DNA of 64,000 nucleotides from Promethearchaeota archaeon (lineage in GTDB: Archaea > Asgardarchaeota > Lokiarchaeia > Sigyniarchaeales > SOKP01), in the NCBI GenBank assembly GCA_048940925.1, contig JBHLOC010000001.1, forward strand, positions 192,001-256,000, read 5' to 3'. The notes beneath the pieces are model-generated. The model was given only the letters and a program-made list of their open reading frames with translations. It searched no databases and was not told where the DNA came from. How positions within the stretch are numbered: position 1 is the stretch's first letter; each line of letters opens with the position of its first letter. Of the stretch, positions 9,801 to 19,010 are shown piece after piece. Position numbers and translations under genes: made by a program.

Positions 9801-11021
9801 TTAAATTTCAGGGGGACTAGGTAAATCTTTTCTTCCTTCCTCACTAAAGATAGATCTATTAAAAGTGTTCTTAGTACTACTTAAAACGTCTTGTCTTTCA
9901 ACGTGGGAGGCTGTACCACCAACTAAGCGCAATGAATTAAAAAATTCATCATAAGTAAGTAATTCTGTACTAATAGCTTTTAATAACGCAACTCTAATTC
10001 CCCTTTCAATATCAGAACCAGAATACCCATATGTTAATCTTAATAATCCACTTATCTTACTTTTCTTATTAATTTCTTCCCATAAAATATTATCATCGAA
10101 TTCTGAAATTTTTCGGCCTAATTTGGTTTGTAATTCCTTAGCAATCAGCTGAATTTCTATATATTCATTATTTAAATTCGAAAATATTGAGTTATCAACG
10201 CCTATTTTTGCATTCTTTATTTGATTGACAAATGATTCAATAATTTTTTTGCGTAAATGATAATCAGGGAAATTGAATTCAAAGTGGAATGTGAAGCGAC
10301 GCCAAATCGCGGAATCAAGCTGGTGTTGATGATTAGTTGCACCGAAAACTGCTAATGGGACACCTTCATAATTAATCCTGTCGATAACTTGTAAAAAAGA
10401 AATTACAGCTCTTTTAATTTCTCCAACTTCATGAACATTTGACCTTTCAGAGCCAATAGCATCAATTTCATCGAAAAACAGGATAAAGGCTCCTCTCTCT
10501 TTTGAAATTTCTGCTGCTAATTCAATAACACCTCTAATGTTCTTTATTGTGTCTCCCAATAATGGCGATACAAGTCTATCGGATTCTACAATACATATAG
10601 GTATATCGTATTTTTTAGCAAATCCCCTTGTTAAAGAAGTTTTACCAGTACCAGGAGGACCATATAGAAGTACTGTTAAATTAGGGGTCAATTTTGTATC
10701 CTTTAGTTGTTCTGTAAACTCCTCGTATTTTATCAAAGCTCTAAAAAAATCATCTAAAATTTCCTTTTTTATTTCATTTCCTAAAATATCTTCTACGGAC
10801 TCTTTTATATCTGCTGAAAAATATACAGCTCCATACTTTCCTAATCGCTCTTTTATCACATCGTCGCTATAAATGGTCTTTGCCTCACCATAATCTTTCT
10901 TTTCTGTAGTGATTGAAGATTTGATACTGAATTCTTCTTTTTTGTATTCTAAGTGAGCTTCATATGTTTTTCCTCTAAAGTGTTTTTTTTTACATAATGT
11001 GCAGTAATAAGGTAAAGACAT
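9801..11021 (-). CDS. Classic-clade AAA+ ATPase (IetA/COG1223-like) with N-terminal C2H2-type zinc finger
   Basis: GPPGTGKT, FFDEID, GEIKRAVISFLQ, ATNHQHQLDSAIWRRF, GYSGSDIE; N-terminal CTLC..H..H. Confidence 0.88.
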   Translation of the reverse strand: MSLPYYCTLCKKKHFRGKTYEAHLEYKKEEFSIKSSITTEKKDYGEAKTIYSDDVIKERLGKYGAVYFSADIKESVEDILGNEIKKEILDDFFRALIKYEEFTEQLKDTKLTPNLTVLLYGPPGTGKTSLTRGFAKKYDIPICIVESDRLVSPLLGDTIKNIRGVIELAAEISKERGAFILFFDEIDAIGSERSNVHEVGEIKRAVISFLQVIDRINYEGVPLAVFGATNHQHQLDSAIWRRFTFHFEFNFPDYHLRKKIIESFVNQIKNAKIGVDNSIFSNLNNEYIEIQLIAKELQTKLGRKISEFDDNILWEEINKKSKISGLLRLTYGYSGSDIERGIRVALLKAISTELLTYDEFFNSLRLVGGTASHVERQDVLSSTKNTFNRSIFSEEGRKDLPSPPEI

Positions 11022-11139
11022 AATTTCATCAACTAATTTTTGTTATTTCATTTTTTATTGTTATTATTTTATTCTTAAATTAAAGGATGAGATATAATTT
11101 ATTGTTGAAATAAATTATAATTATCCCATTTTTTGTGTA

Positions 11140-12447
11140 TCATAAATTTTTCCTTTCTTTATCAAATTTTTCACAGTAATTTGCTATTTGATTAATAAAG
11201 TCTTTAAGGTTATCAATTTGAGACCCTATGAAATTAAATATTTCCTTGCGGTATTGAATAGAATCTCTAATTTTCATTTTGTCTATCCCTAGATAATTAG
11301 GAAAGCATATAAGTTTCATTAAATAAGGAAGGATCTTTTCGTTTGTTTGTAAATCTTTAAAGATTGCATAAAAAATATTCTCATCAGACAATTTCCATTT
11401 TAATATACCCATGTAAATCAAAAAAGCAAAATTCATTGATATCCAATTTACTAATTCCCTTGATAGAAATCCCCTTCTTTGAGAAGCGAATGCCAAATAA
11501 TAAGTTATTAATGTTTCATTGCTAAATTGAGGTAATAGTCTTATAGTACCATCAGTTTGCTTAATTTCACGTAAAAAATTATTATCAAGTAGAATATCAA
11601 CAAAATCTTCTTGTGGTGCTAGAAATATACCATCAATTAACCGTAAACCTATACGTTCAACCACCTTTTCTATGGCTTCTTCTTCAGCGTTCGCAATTGA
11701 ATCAATATAGGGTAGAAATACATCATTTTTTAAGATCATTGGAATTTCATAATTCTCTTTTTCAGGAAATTCCCCAAAATTAGGGTCCAAATTATAAAGT
11801 GAGGTTATATTATTAATAATTTGATATACTTTTGGAGAAATAACTGGAATTTCAAAATAATCTGAAATTTCTAATTTTTCTCTATAATAAGTATGGGATT
11901 GTAATATGTGGCGTTGGCATTCATAGAAATCTGGTGAATTTTGTAACAATTTTTCATATATGATTTTTAAACTTGAGCCTCTTGGGAATAATTTTTCTTC
12001 AATGAATTTTACTAATTGGTAGAGATAAGTATTCTCTAAATTTAGTTCATCGGGATTAGTGATATGACGCAAAATGTTTAAAGCATCTACAGATTCATGC
12101 AAAAAATCTATTATATAATCTTTAATATCTATTATTGGAATTTCTTCTCGATATTTTATTATAAAGTCTTTAACAATCTCATATACATTTGATCTATACA
12201 TAGCAGAAAATTCTGAAAGCGCTCTAACTTTACGTATATTTCTTTTTTCTTCTTCCTGTCGAATTTTATCTAAAACCTCAGTATCAAATAGCAGATCAGG
12301 ATCTAAATCAATAATTATTCTTCTTGTTTCTCTTAAAATAGGACGCATATGGCTTATAAATGTTAAATACCTGGGAAGGATATCTGTCCATTTTTCTCTT
12401 TTCCTTCCAGGTTTTATAGTTCTTGTTGATTTTTTTTTATAACTCAT
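11140..12447 (-). CDS. Hypothetical protein with probable winged-helix segment
   Basis: 435-aa ORF; DILLDNNFLREIKQTDGTIRLLP resembles a WH wing. Confidence 0.7.
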   Translation of the reverse strand: MSYKKKSTRTIKPGRKREKWTDILPRYLTFISHMRPILRETRRIIIDLDPDLLFDTEVLDKIRQEEEKRNIRKVRALSEFSAMYRSNVYEIVKDFIIKYREEIPIIDIKDYIIDFLHESVDALNILRHITNPDELNLENTYLYQLVKFIEEKLFPRGSSLKIIYEKLLQNSPDFYECQRHILQSHTYYREKLEISDYFEIPVISPKVYQIINNITSLYNLDPNFGEFPEKENYEIPMILKNDVFLPYIDSIANAEEEAIEKVVERIGLRLIDGIFLAPQEDFVDILLDNNFLREIKQTDGTIRLLPQFSNETLITYYLAFASQRRGFLSRELVNWISMNFAFLIYMGILKWKLSDENIFYAIFKDLQTNEKILPYLMKLICFPNYLGIDKMKIRDSIQYRKEIFNFIGSQIDNLKDFINQIANYCEKFDKERKNL

Positions 12448-12471
12448 TTATGAAATATACAACTCCCTATC

Positions 12472-13611
12472 TTATTCTTCCTCATATCCTACTAAAATTT
12501 CAGTGAAAATATTAGATATTTCAACAAAGATTGGTATTTCAACTCGACATAAATTCCCAAGGATCCATTTATTAACATCTTTAAGGAGAAATCTTATTTG
12601 ATTATGGATTTTTTTATTAATCTCGGAATCCACTATTTTTGAGAGCCATAAACCTCCTCCTACTCTATATGCAACAATTTTAATGAGTGGTTCAAACAAG
12701 GGTTCTAACACTTGTTTTATCATCCATGATTTCGGAATAACACTCATATTCTCCGCTTTAAAAGTGGGGTCGTTTAAAATTGGATTCGTTTCATCAACAG
12801 ATAATTTAGGCATAAAACTTAGCAACAATATTAGAGCAAAAATTGCAGATATACCATTAATTGTAAAAGAACCCCCGATTTTATTGATATCATCCCTATA
12901 AATAGCAACATTAGCAAGAAACATACAAATAAATACGTTTCTATCAAAATCTTCAGAAACATAAGCATAACCTAATTCTTCGTCAATAACCAAGTATTTT
13001 TCTTCAAGAATTTGAATAATATCATCCGGAAAAGTATAAAATGTATATACTTTTTCCTCACTCCTTCTTATATCTTTCTCAATAAGGAGCTCTTTTGAAA
13101 CAAGGCCAAACATACCAACTAATTCTTCAAGCTGCTTTTTTATATAATGTTTGGGTTTATTAGGATCTCCAAACATTGCAAAAAATTGATGATCGACAAT
13201 GTGAAAATCATTTCTTTTACTAAATGCTTCCACCATTCTATCTATTATTGGTCCTTGAGCTCCTGAGGCAATAGCTTTAGCTTTTGATGTTACAAATCCA
13301 TTTAATAATTCATTTATAATGAAATCTTGTTCATGATTTCTTGATTGTAAAATTAACTCGACTGCTTCAGAAAAGCTTTTAGTGTTTGGAAAAAACGCAT
13401 TTTGTATCTTTTCATTTATAGATTTTACAAAAATATCTCCATTATTATTAGGGAAATGAAGTTTCATATTGTTTAATCTTTGGATAAGTGCTTCTTTGGC
13501 TCCTGGAATATTTTCAACATCTCTTTTTTGTAATTCTTCTATTGCTTTTTCAAGTCCATTTTCAAAATCAATCAATAACTTTTTCCACGTTGTATCTTGC
13601 ACTTCTACCAT
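12472..13611 (-). CDS. Hypothetical protein with probable winged-helix segment
   Basis: 379-aa ORF; KKQLEELVGMFGLVSK...VYTFYTF resembles a WH helix-wing. Confidence 0.7.
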   Translation of the reverse strand: MVEVQDTTWKKLLIDFENGLEKAIEELQKRDVENIPGAKEALIQRLNNMKLHFPNNNGDIFVKSINEKIQNAFFPNTKSFSEAVELILQSRNHEQDFIINELLNGFVTSKAKAIASGAQGPIIDRMVEAFSKRNDFHIVDHQFFAMFGDPNKPKHYIKKQLEELVGMFGLVSKELLIEKDIRRSEEKVYTFYTFPDDIIQILEEKYLVIDEELGYAYVSEDFDRNVFICMFLANVAIYRDDINKIGGSFTINGISAIFALILLLSFMPKLSVDETNPILNDPTFKAENMSVIPKSWMIKQVLEPLFEPLIKIVAYRVGGGLWLSKIVDSEINKKIHNQIRFLLKDVNKWILGNLCRVEIPIFVEISNIFTEILVGYEEE

Positions 13612-13640
13612 ATTTACTCCTCTACTATTAAAAATATCTA

Positions 13641-14603
13641 CTAATTAATATTCCAATTTAATTCCGTTGATATTTTTTTTAATGCGCTAATTAAAGGTTT
13701 TATTAGCTTCTTGTCATAAATATTTGGAGAGGATATTCCTCTCTGAGTTTTCCACCCCATTTGGGTACCTTCTCCCATTTCTCTTTGTCCAAATTTTAAA
13801 ATATTGCTAAGATCTCTTACCCACCAGTAAAATCTTAACCATTTTCTGTTTGGATTATCTTTTGAATATATGACTACTAATGCTTTCCATTCACCCATCA
13901 ACCATTTCACTGTTATCCCGCTTATGGGAAGGTAAAAGTTTATTGGAAAATTTCCGTGAAACCGCAAATCGAGATCTGTTGGGGCAATGTTAAAAATCGG
14001 TTGATTATATCCTTCTAATATTACTATTTCTCCACAATGTTGACATTCATAATGTGATTTCATTTTGTCCATTTTATTTGCACATTTTGGGCACGTTCTG
14101 TTTTCAATAATCCTATACTTAATGATTTCTAAATTTTTTTCTTTTTCTAAATCTTCTTCTGATTTAGACCCCTGTTTTCCAAAGCTTCCACCCCAACTCC
14201 AAATATCATCAAATGATTCATCAAATTTTTCTAAAGCAATAATGGTATTATGAAGTACTTCTCTATCATAAATTTTAAACATCCCTGCATGTTGCAGATT
14301 TTTCCACCAAGATAATCTAACGTACTTTTCCTCTTTTAAATAGGCACTATGACAAATTAAAGCCGCAAATATTCGATTTTCGGTTTTAATTATAGTAATT
14401 CCTTTCTCACAAATTTCATATTGTTTATTTAAACTAGCATTTTTATGAAAATATTCACCATCCTGAAATTCACCTTTTTCGATCTTTGCTTTTTCCTCAG
14501 TAGATTCTTTATCTTTCTCTTTTACTATCTTTTTACATTGAGGACATTGAAAAATTCCAGCAACTAAAGGTTCCATCTCTATATTACATACAGGACATTT
14601 CAA
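13641..14603 (-). CDS. Duplicated (zinc ribbon + PC4-like) protein
   Basis: CPVC..CPQC and CPKC..CQHC, each followed by a repeat (KYVRLSWW..KIYDREVLHNTIIALEKF / KWLRFYWW..NIYDKKLIKPLISALKKI). Confidence 0.6.
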   Translation of the reverse strand: MKCPVCNIEMEPLVAGIFQCPQCKKIVKEKDKESTEEKAKIEKGEFQDGEYFHKNASLNKQYEICEKGITIIKTENRIFAALICHSAYLKEEKYVRLSWWKNLQHAGMFKIYDREVLHNTIIALEKFDESFDDIWSWGGSFGKQGSKSEEDLEKEKNLEIIKYRIIENRTCPKCANKMDKMKSHYECQHCGEIVILEGYNQPIFNIAPTDLDLRFHGNFPINFYLPISGITVKWLMGEWKALVVIYSKDNPNRKWLRFYWWVRDLSNILKFGQREMGEGTQMGWKTQRGISSPNIYDKKLIKPLISALKKISTELNWNIN

Positions 14604-14605
14604 AT

Positions 14606-15706
14606 TTATTCTTCACTCATAGATATTATCAATCTTTCATAATCCAAATTCAAGAGCTTTAATTCTTTCTTTGTTAATTTTTTAATTTTCTTGTTAATAT
14701 GAATCAATTCTTTTCTAAGATCGATTAAAGTATTTTGAATATTATTTAAGATATTTTCTTCATTGTATGTAACTTTTTCAATAAATTCAAGATACCTGAA
14801 CTTTTTATTCTTGCCTGAATAAAATTTTTTTAATTCAACTATATTATCTTCAATCTTTTTCATTTGATATCTTAACTTTAGTAATAATAATAACTTCGAT
14901 TTCCATTCTTTAAATAAAGTACTTTCATTATCAACCTTGTCGAACTTAAATTTATCCGAAAGTGGAATCTTCTCATCTTTCAAGTATTTTATTATTTCTT
15001 TATTCTCATCAATAGCTTTATGTATTTTTTTTAGAACAGGTTTAGTGTTTAAAGTAGAGTCGAAAATCTCAACAAATTCGTTAATTTTTTCTTTAATTTC
15101 AATAAATCTTTGATAAAATCCATCAATAGTTACTTCTATTTTAATTAATTGATATATGTTCCCGAATTGATCTAAAATATAGTATAAATCGTCTGATAAA
15201 GCATAATCATGTTCACCAATTTCATAAATTAAACGGTGGATAACACTCGTTTTCTCACATCTTACACCCTTTAATCTTGTTAATGCTAAATTGAAATTTC
15301 TTCGCGTTAATGACTTAAATTTTTTGTTTATTAGTAAGTAAAGAGTATCATCTGGAATAGATATTATATCTTGTTCTATGGTTATTGTTTCTTCTCCTAG
15401 TTTTATTATAAAATCATCATCTTTTTGTTCAAACTCTCTTTTACTGCGAATATTTTTAATTAGTCCTAAGTCAATGTATATTTCAATGAATTCTTCTTCC
15501 CAGGAATTAATAAGATTACTTTTATAAATTTCGTCTAACAATAATATTTTACTATAAGATTCATTGATATTTACTTCGCTCAAATCTTTAAACAAATCAT
15601 TTCTAATGATATATAGAAATAATATAATATACCTCATATCAATATCGTCTAAAATGGTGTTAATTAAATTTACATCATCTTCTAATGTTAAGTCATTATG
15701 TTCCAT
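14606..15706 (-). CDS. Winged-helix + helical-bundle hypothetical protein
   Basis: LTRRNFNLALTRLK..LIYEIGEHDYALSD (WH-like) followed by long helices. Confidence 0.65.
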   Translation of the reverse strand: MEHNDLTLEDDVNLINTILDDIDMRYIILFLYIIRNDLFKDLSEVNINESYSKILLLDEIYKSNLINSWEEEFIEIYIDLGLIKNIRSKREFEQKDDDFIIKLGEETITIEQDIISIPDDTLYLLINKKFKSLTRRNFNLALTRLKGVRCEKTSVIHRLIYEIGEHDYALSDDLYYILDQFGNIYQLIKIEVTIDGFYQRFIEIKEKINEFVEIFDSTLNTKPVLKKIHKAIDENKEIIKYLKDEKIPLSDKFKFDKVDNESTLFKEWKSKLLLLLKLRYQMKKIEDNIVELKKFYSGKNKKFRYLEFIEKVTYNEENILNNIQNTLIDLRKELIHINKKIKKLTKKELKLLNLDYERLIISMSEE

Positions 15707-15918
15707 GCCTAAAATCCACTCAATTATAATTAAACTTTCAAACTATTTCAGCCAAAAAGAGTGATTTAGCTAATTAAGCATCCCTAAAAAATTTTTCTAA
15801 AACCACTTAAAATAATTCTAAATAAAAGCAAAAAATTTTTAGCAAGTGTTTCTAATTAATTAATTAGAAATTAATAACTTATTATTGTAATTAATATCAT
15901 TTTTTGGAGAAAATTAAT

Positions 15919-16497
15919 ATGGGACGTCGAAAAAGAAAACAAGTCAGCCCCAAAAGAGTAAAAAGAGTACCTAAAATTTTCACATGTCCTGAATGCGGTG
16001 AAAAGAGTGTAAAAGTGATTGATATAAAAAAAAAAGGTGCTTTTGCAACTGTGAAATGTGGAAATTGTGGATTAACAAAAGAAGTATTAGTTAATTCGAT
16101 TTCAGAACCTGTTGATGCGTTTGGGGATTTTATTGATATATATTATGCAGATCAGGAGCTCCAAAGGTTAGAACGACGTATTCAAAAATTAAAAGAAGAA
16201 AATGAATGGGGCGAACTAGCATTATCATATTCTATCCTATCAGATCTTTGTAAAACTAAAGCTGCATTATTATTAGAAGAAGAAGATGTTAATTTGGATG
16301 ATGTTAACAAATGGAAAATCAAGGCAGAAGAATATAAACAACTTGAAAAAAACACAATAATAAAACTTGATGCCGATGAATTAGAAAGAGGTGTCCGGAC
16401 TGATGAAGAATCTTTGTTTACTGAAAGCGAAACTAAAATAAAAAAAGAAAGAAAGTTAGATGACATCTTTGATGATCCTGGATTTCTAGAATTTTAA
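15919..16497 (+). CDS. elf1: Transcription elongation factor Elf1 with ~110-aa C-terminal extension
   Basis: MGRRKRK..FTCPECG..VKCGNCG..SEPVDAFGDFID; ATG at 15919 follows GGAG at 15906-15909. Confidence 0.85.
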   Translation: MGRRKRKQVSPKRVKRVPKIFTCPECGEKSVKVIDIKKKGAFATVKCGNCGLTKEVLVNSISEPVDAFGDFIDIYYADQELQRLERRIQKLKEENEWGELALSYSILSDLCKTKAALLLEEEDVNLDDVNKWKIKAEEYKQLEKNTIIKLDADELERGVRTDEESLFTESETKIKKERKLDDIFDDPGFLEF

Positions 16498-16673
16498 AGA
16501 TCGAGTATCTATTTTTTCTAACAAGAATTAACTATAATTGACATATAATTATATTATACTTAACTAGAAAATGAATTAGCATATAAGGAATTCCTAATTT
16601 ATTTTGGAAAACAAAATATAATACTATTTTTTTAATTAATAGAAAAAAGAGTAATTGAGATTGGCTATGTTAT

Positions 16674-17129
16674 TTAACCCGATTGACTCTTTCTTTTAGC
16701 GAACAACTCTTTAAGCTCACCCATAATTGCACCTCTTAGAGATACTGGGCTTGCGGGACGGTTTGGTGCTGGAGCCGACCCTGGACCTCCAGGTGGTGGC
16801 GGTGGGCCTCCAGGAGGGCCTCCTGGTGGACTGCTCAGCGGTGGACCCCCCGGTGGGGCACCTAATGCAGGTGATGATACAGTAGATGTTGCGGAGGTTA
16901 CTGGACCACCTGCTTTAAGTGATGTAAGATCATTATTTATAGTTGTTAATTGATTTTGCAGATTAGTTACCCTTGTATTGACAGTTTGAAGACTTTGATC
17001 GACTAAATCAGAGATTTTTAGCACAATTTGCATTATTTTTTCAACAATATCTCCAAAATCATTGAGTTTTTCCTCTAGCGGAGCTTTTCGAGTAGTCTCT
17101 AAGAAGGAAGCAAATTCTTCTGCACACAT
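16674..17129 (-). CDS. Coiled-coil + polyproline + amphipathic basic helix protein (WASH/WAVE/VASP-like architecture)
   Basis: N-terminal heptads; GPPGGPPPPPGG; C-terminal RGAIMGELKELFAKRKSQSG. Confidence 0.6.
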   Translation of the reverse strand: MCAEEFASFLETTRKAPLEEKLNDFGDIVEKIMQIVLKISDLVDQSLQTVNTRVTNLQNQLTTINNDLTSLKAGGPVTSATSTVSSPALGAPPGGPPLSSPPGGPPGGPPPPPGGPGSAPAPNRPASPVSLRGAIMGELKELFAKRKSQSG

Positions 17130-17259
17130 ATTAATTCTTTTATATATTTTATTTTTAATGCTTTTCTAATAATTTAATAGTTTTTTATTTAATAAATTTA
17201 AGTTTAAACATAATGATTTTATTTAAATAATAACAGAAAAAAAGTAAGTATAATTCTAA

Positions 17260-17895
17260 CTAACTTAACTCATCAATAGAATCTTTTAATTTAAGCCATA
17301 AGGTATTTATTTCATCTCTTACTTCAATAAATTGTGTTATTTTTTTTATTAAGATATCACGGGCACGATCAAAATCTCGTTGAACATCATTTAACTCTTG
17401 GTCAAGAATGTTTAACTTATCTCCATCAATTAATTTATTTTTTGCTTTTTCAACATTTAAAGCTTTTTTTATTATTATTGATCTTTTACTCGCCAAATCA
17501 GATAGAGCATTGATAAATTCCTCTTTTTTTTCTACCAAATATTCTTTTTGAACAGCTATATCCTTAATTGAATTCAAATATTTATTATTAGCTTTAATAA
17601 ATTCATCATTTTTATGAATGATATCTTGATATAATTTAACTTCTTCATCTTTAATATTAGATCTATGTTCACGAGCTAAAGTTTGCATTTGTTTTAAAAC
17701 ATCTCTGAAGGTTCTATTTAGCATTTCTCTTGCATTATTTGTTTTAGTGATATGTTCCGCATATCTTTTTTGAGTACCAATTAAATTGATCTGTTCTTTA
17801 GCCAATTTTTTAAATTGAGACACTAATTCTTTTTCCATTTTAGCTAGTTCTAATTCATCTTCATGAGTAATAATAGGACTCATTATAAACCCCAT
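17260..17895 (-). CDS. All-helical ~210-aa protein, BAR-domain-like
   Basis: Three long amphipathic helices, almost no Pro/Gly; DKL..QEL..QRDFDRARDILIKKITQF resembles the SNX-BAR distal arm. Confidence 0.5.
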   Translation of the reverse strand: MGFIMSPIITHEDELELAKMEKELVSQFKKLAKEQINLIGTQKRYAEHITKTNNAREMLNRTFRDVLKQMQTLAREHRSNIKDEEVKLYQDIIHKNDEFIKANNKYLNSIKDIAVQKEYLVEKKEEFINALSDLASKRSIIIKKALNVEKAKNKLIDGDKLNILDQELNDVQRDFDRARDILIKKITQFIEVRDEINTLWLKLKDSIDELS

Positions 17896-17975
17896 ATTTA
17901 TTAATTTTAAAGTTTTACTACTCTTACTAATATGAATGCTTATTTTGATTTAAATAAATTTATTAATATTTAAGT

Positions 17976-19010
17976 TTATACAGAGAAAAGTGAAGTTAAA
18001 ATATTATCTCTATAATTTGCTTTTATAATTTTAACCTTGATGTTTTTTCCAATTAATCTATTAGGATTAGATATTGATTTACTTAAAAGTATTTTCACCC
18101 CAAAATTATCATTTATTTTTCCAATAAATTCATTTTTCCAACGTCCTTTTGAGATCACAGTTAAATTTATCATTTCATTTTTTTCTAATTTTGTAGAAAT
18201 ATCACTTTTACGTCTATGAATACCAAAATCCTTTGGACCAAGTTTCAGTTTTATATTATATTTTTTTTCTAAATTGGTTAATTGAGTATAGAAATAAGCC
18301 CAACTTTTAGGTTGTATTTTTTTCAATTTTCTACCAGTTTTATAAATTAAATATTTTTGTATACCAATTTGAATTTTATTATCAGAATAACCTTTCTTTC
18401 TTAAATTAATTATAAACTTAATTACATCTTCGATATCTTGATCATTTTCTCCAGGAAACCAGACTGGAGCAATAAGTAAATCAATATTAGTATTCAATAG
18501 AAAATGTAAATTTTCTATGAGATTATTAATATTATAATCATGACAATTACTTAAATAACTGGATTTTTCTTGATTTAAAGAATTAAGACTAACATTTATT
18601 CGAGTTAAATGAACTCTTTCAAGATTTTCAATAACTTCTTTTTTTAGTAATAATCCATTTGTTTGCATTGAAATAATTTCAATTCCTTTTATTTTCCAGA
18701 GATAATCGATCAATTCAAACAATTTAGGATAAAGGAGAATTTCACCATAAGGAGCTAAATGAATTTCAATCTTGTATTTTCCTTTAATTTTAACTATTTC
18801 TTTTACTTTTTCTATTATATACTCTGGATCAACAATAAAATTAGTGAGATAATCTCCAGCTCTCACAAAACAGTATTTACATTTCAAATTACATAAAGTT
18901 AGAGGTTTGAGTTCAATAACATTTGTACCCCTATCAATAACGCCAATAAAATCTATGCCATATAAAGGGATTTGTGACTTTTTATCCACATAAATTATTT
19001 CAGGTTTCAT
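17976..19010 (-). CDS. Radical SAM protein with C-terminal TRAM-like domain (COG2100-like)
   Basis: GVIDRGTNVIE, CNLKCKYC, QTNG, DFGIH. Confidence 0.88.
   Translation of the reverse strand: MKPEIIYVDKKSQIPLYGIDFIGVIDRGTNVIELKPLTLCNLKCKYCFVRAGDYLTNFIVDPEYIIEKVKEIVKIKGKYKIEIHLAPYGEILLYPKLFELIDYLWKIKGIEIISMQTNGLLLKKEVIENLERVHLTRINVSLNSLNQEKSSYLSNCHDYNINNLIENLHFLLNTNIDLLIAPVWFPGENDQDIEDVIKFIINLRKKGYSDNKIQIGIQKYLIYKTGRKLKKIQPKSWAYFYTQLTNLEKKYNIKLKLGPKDFGIHRRKSDISTKLEKNEMINLTVISKGRWKNEFIGKINDNFGVKILLSKSISNPNRLIGKNIKVKIIKANYRDNILTSLFSV

Noticed and set aside
6583-15706. Calling the operon a canonical Wadjet/MksBEFG or ESCRT/Cdv locus
   Set aside because: No Toprim nuclease, SMC-like ATPase motifs are degenerate, the AAA ATPase lacks an MIT domain, and no Snf7-like gene is recognizable
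16740-16910. GC-rich island in an AT-rich window
   Set aside because: Explained by Pro/Gly codons of the polyproline tract; no sign of foreign DNA or a structural RNA
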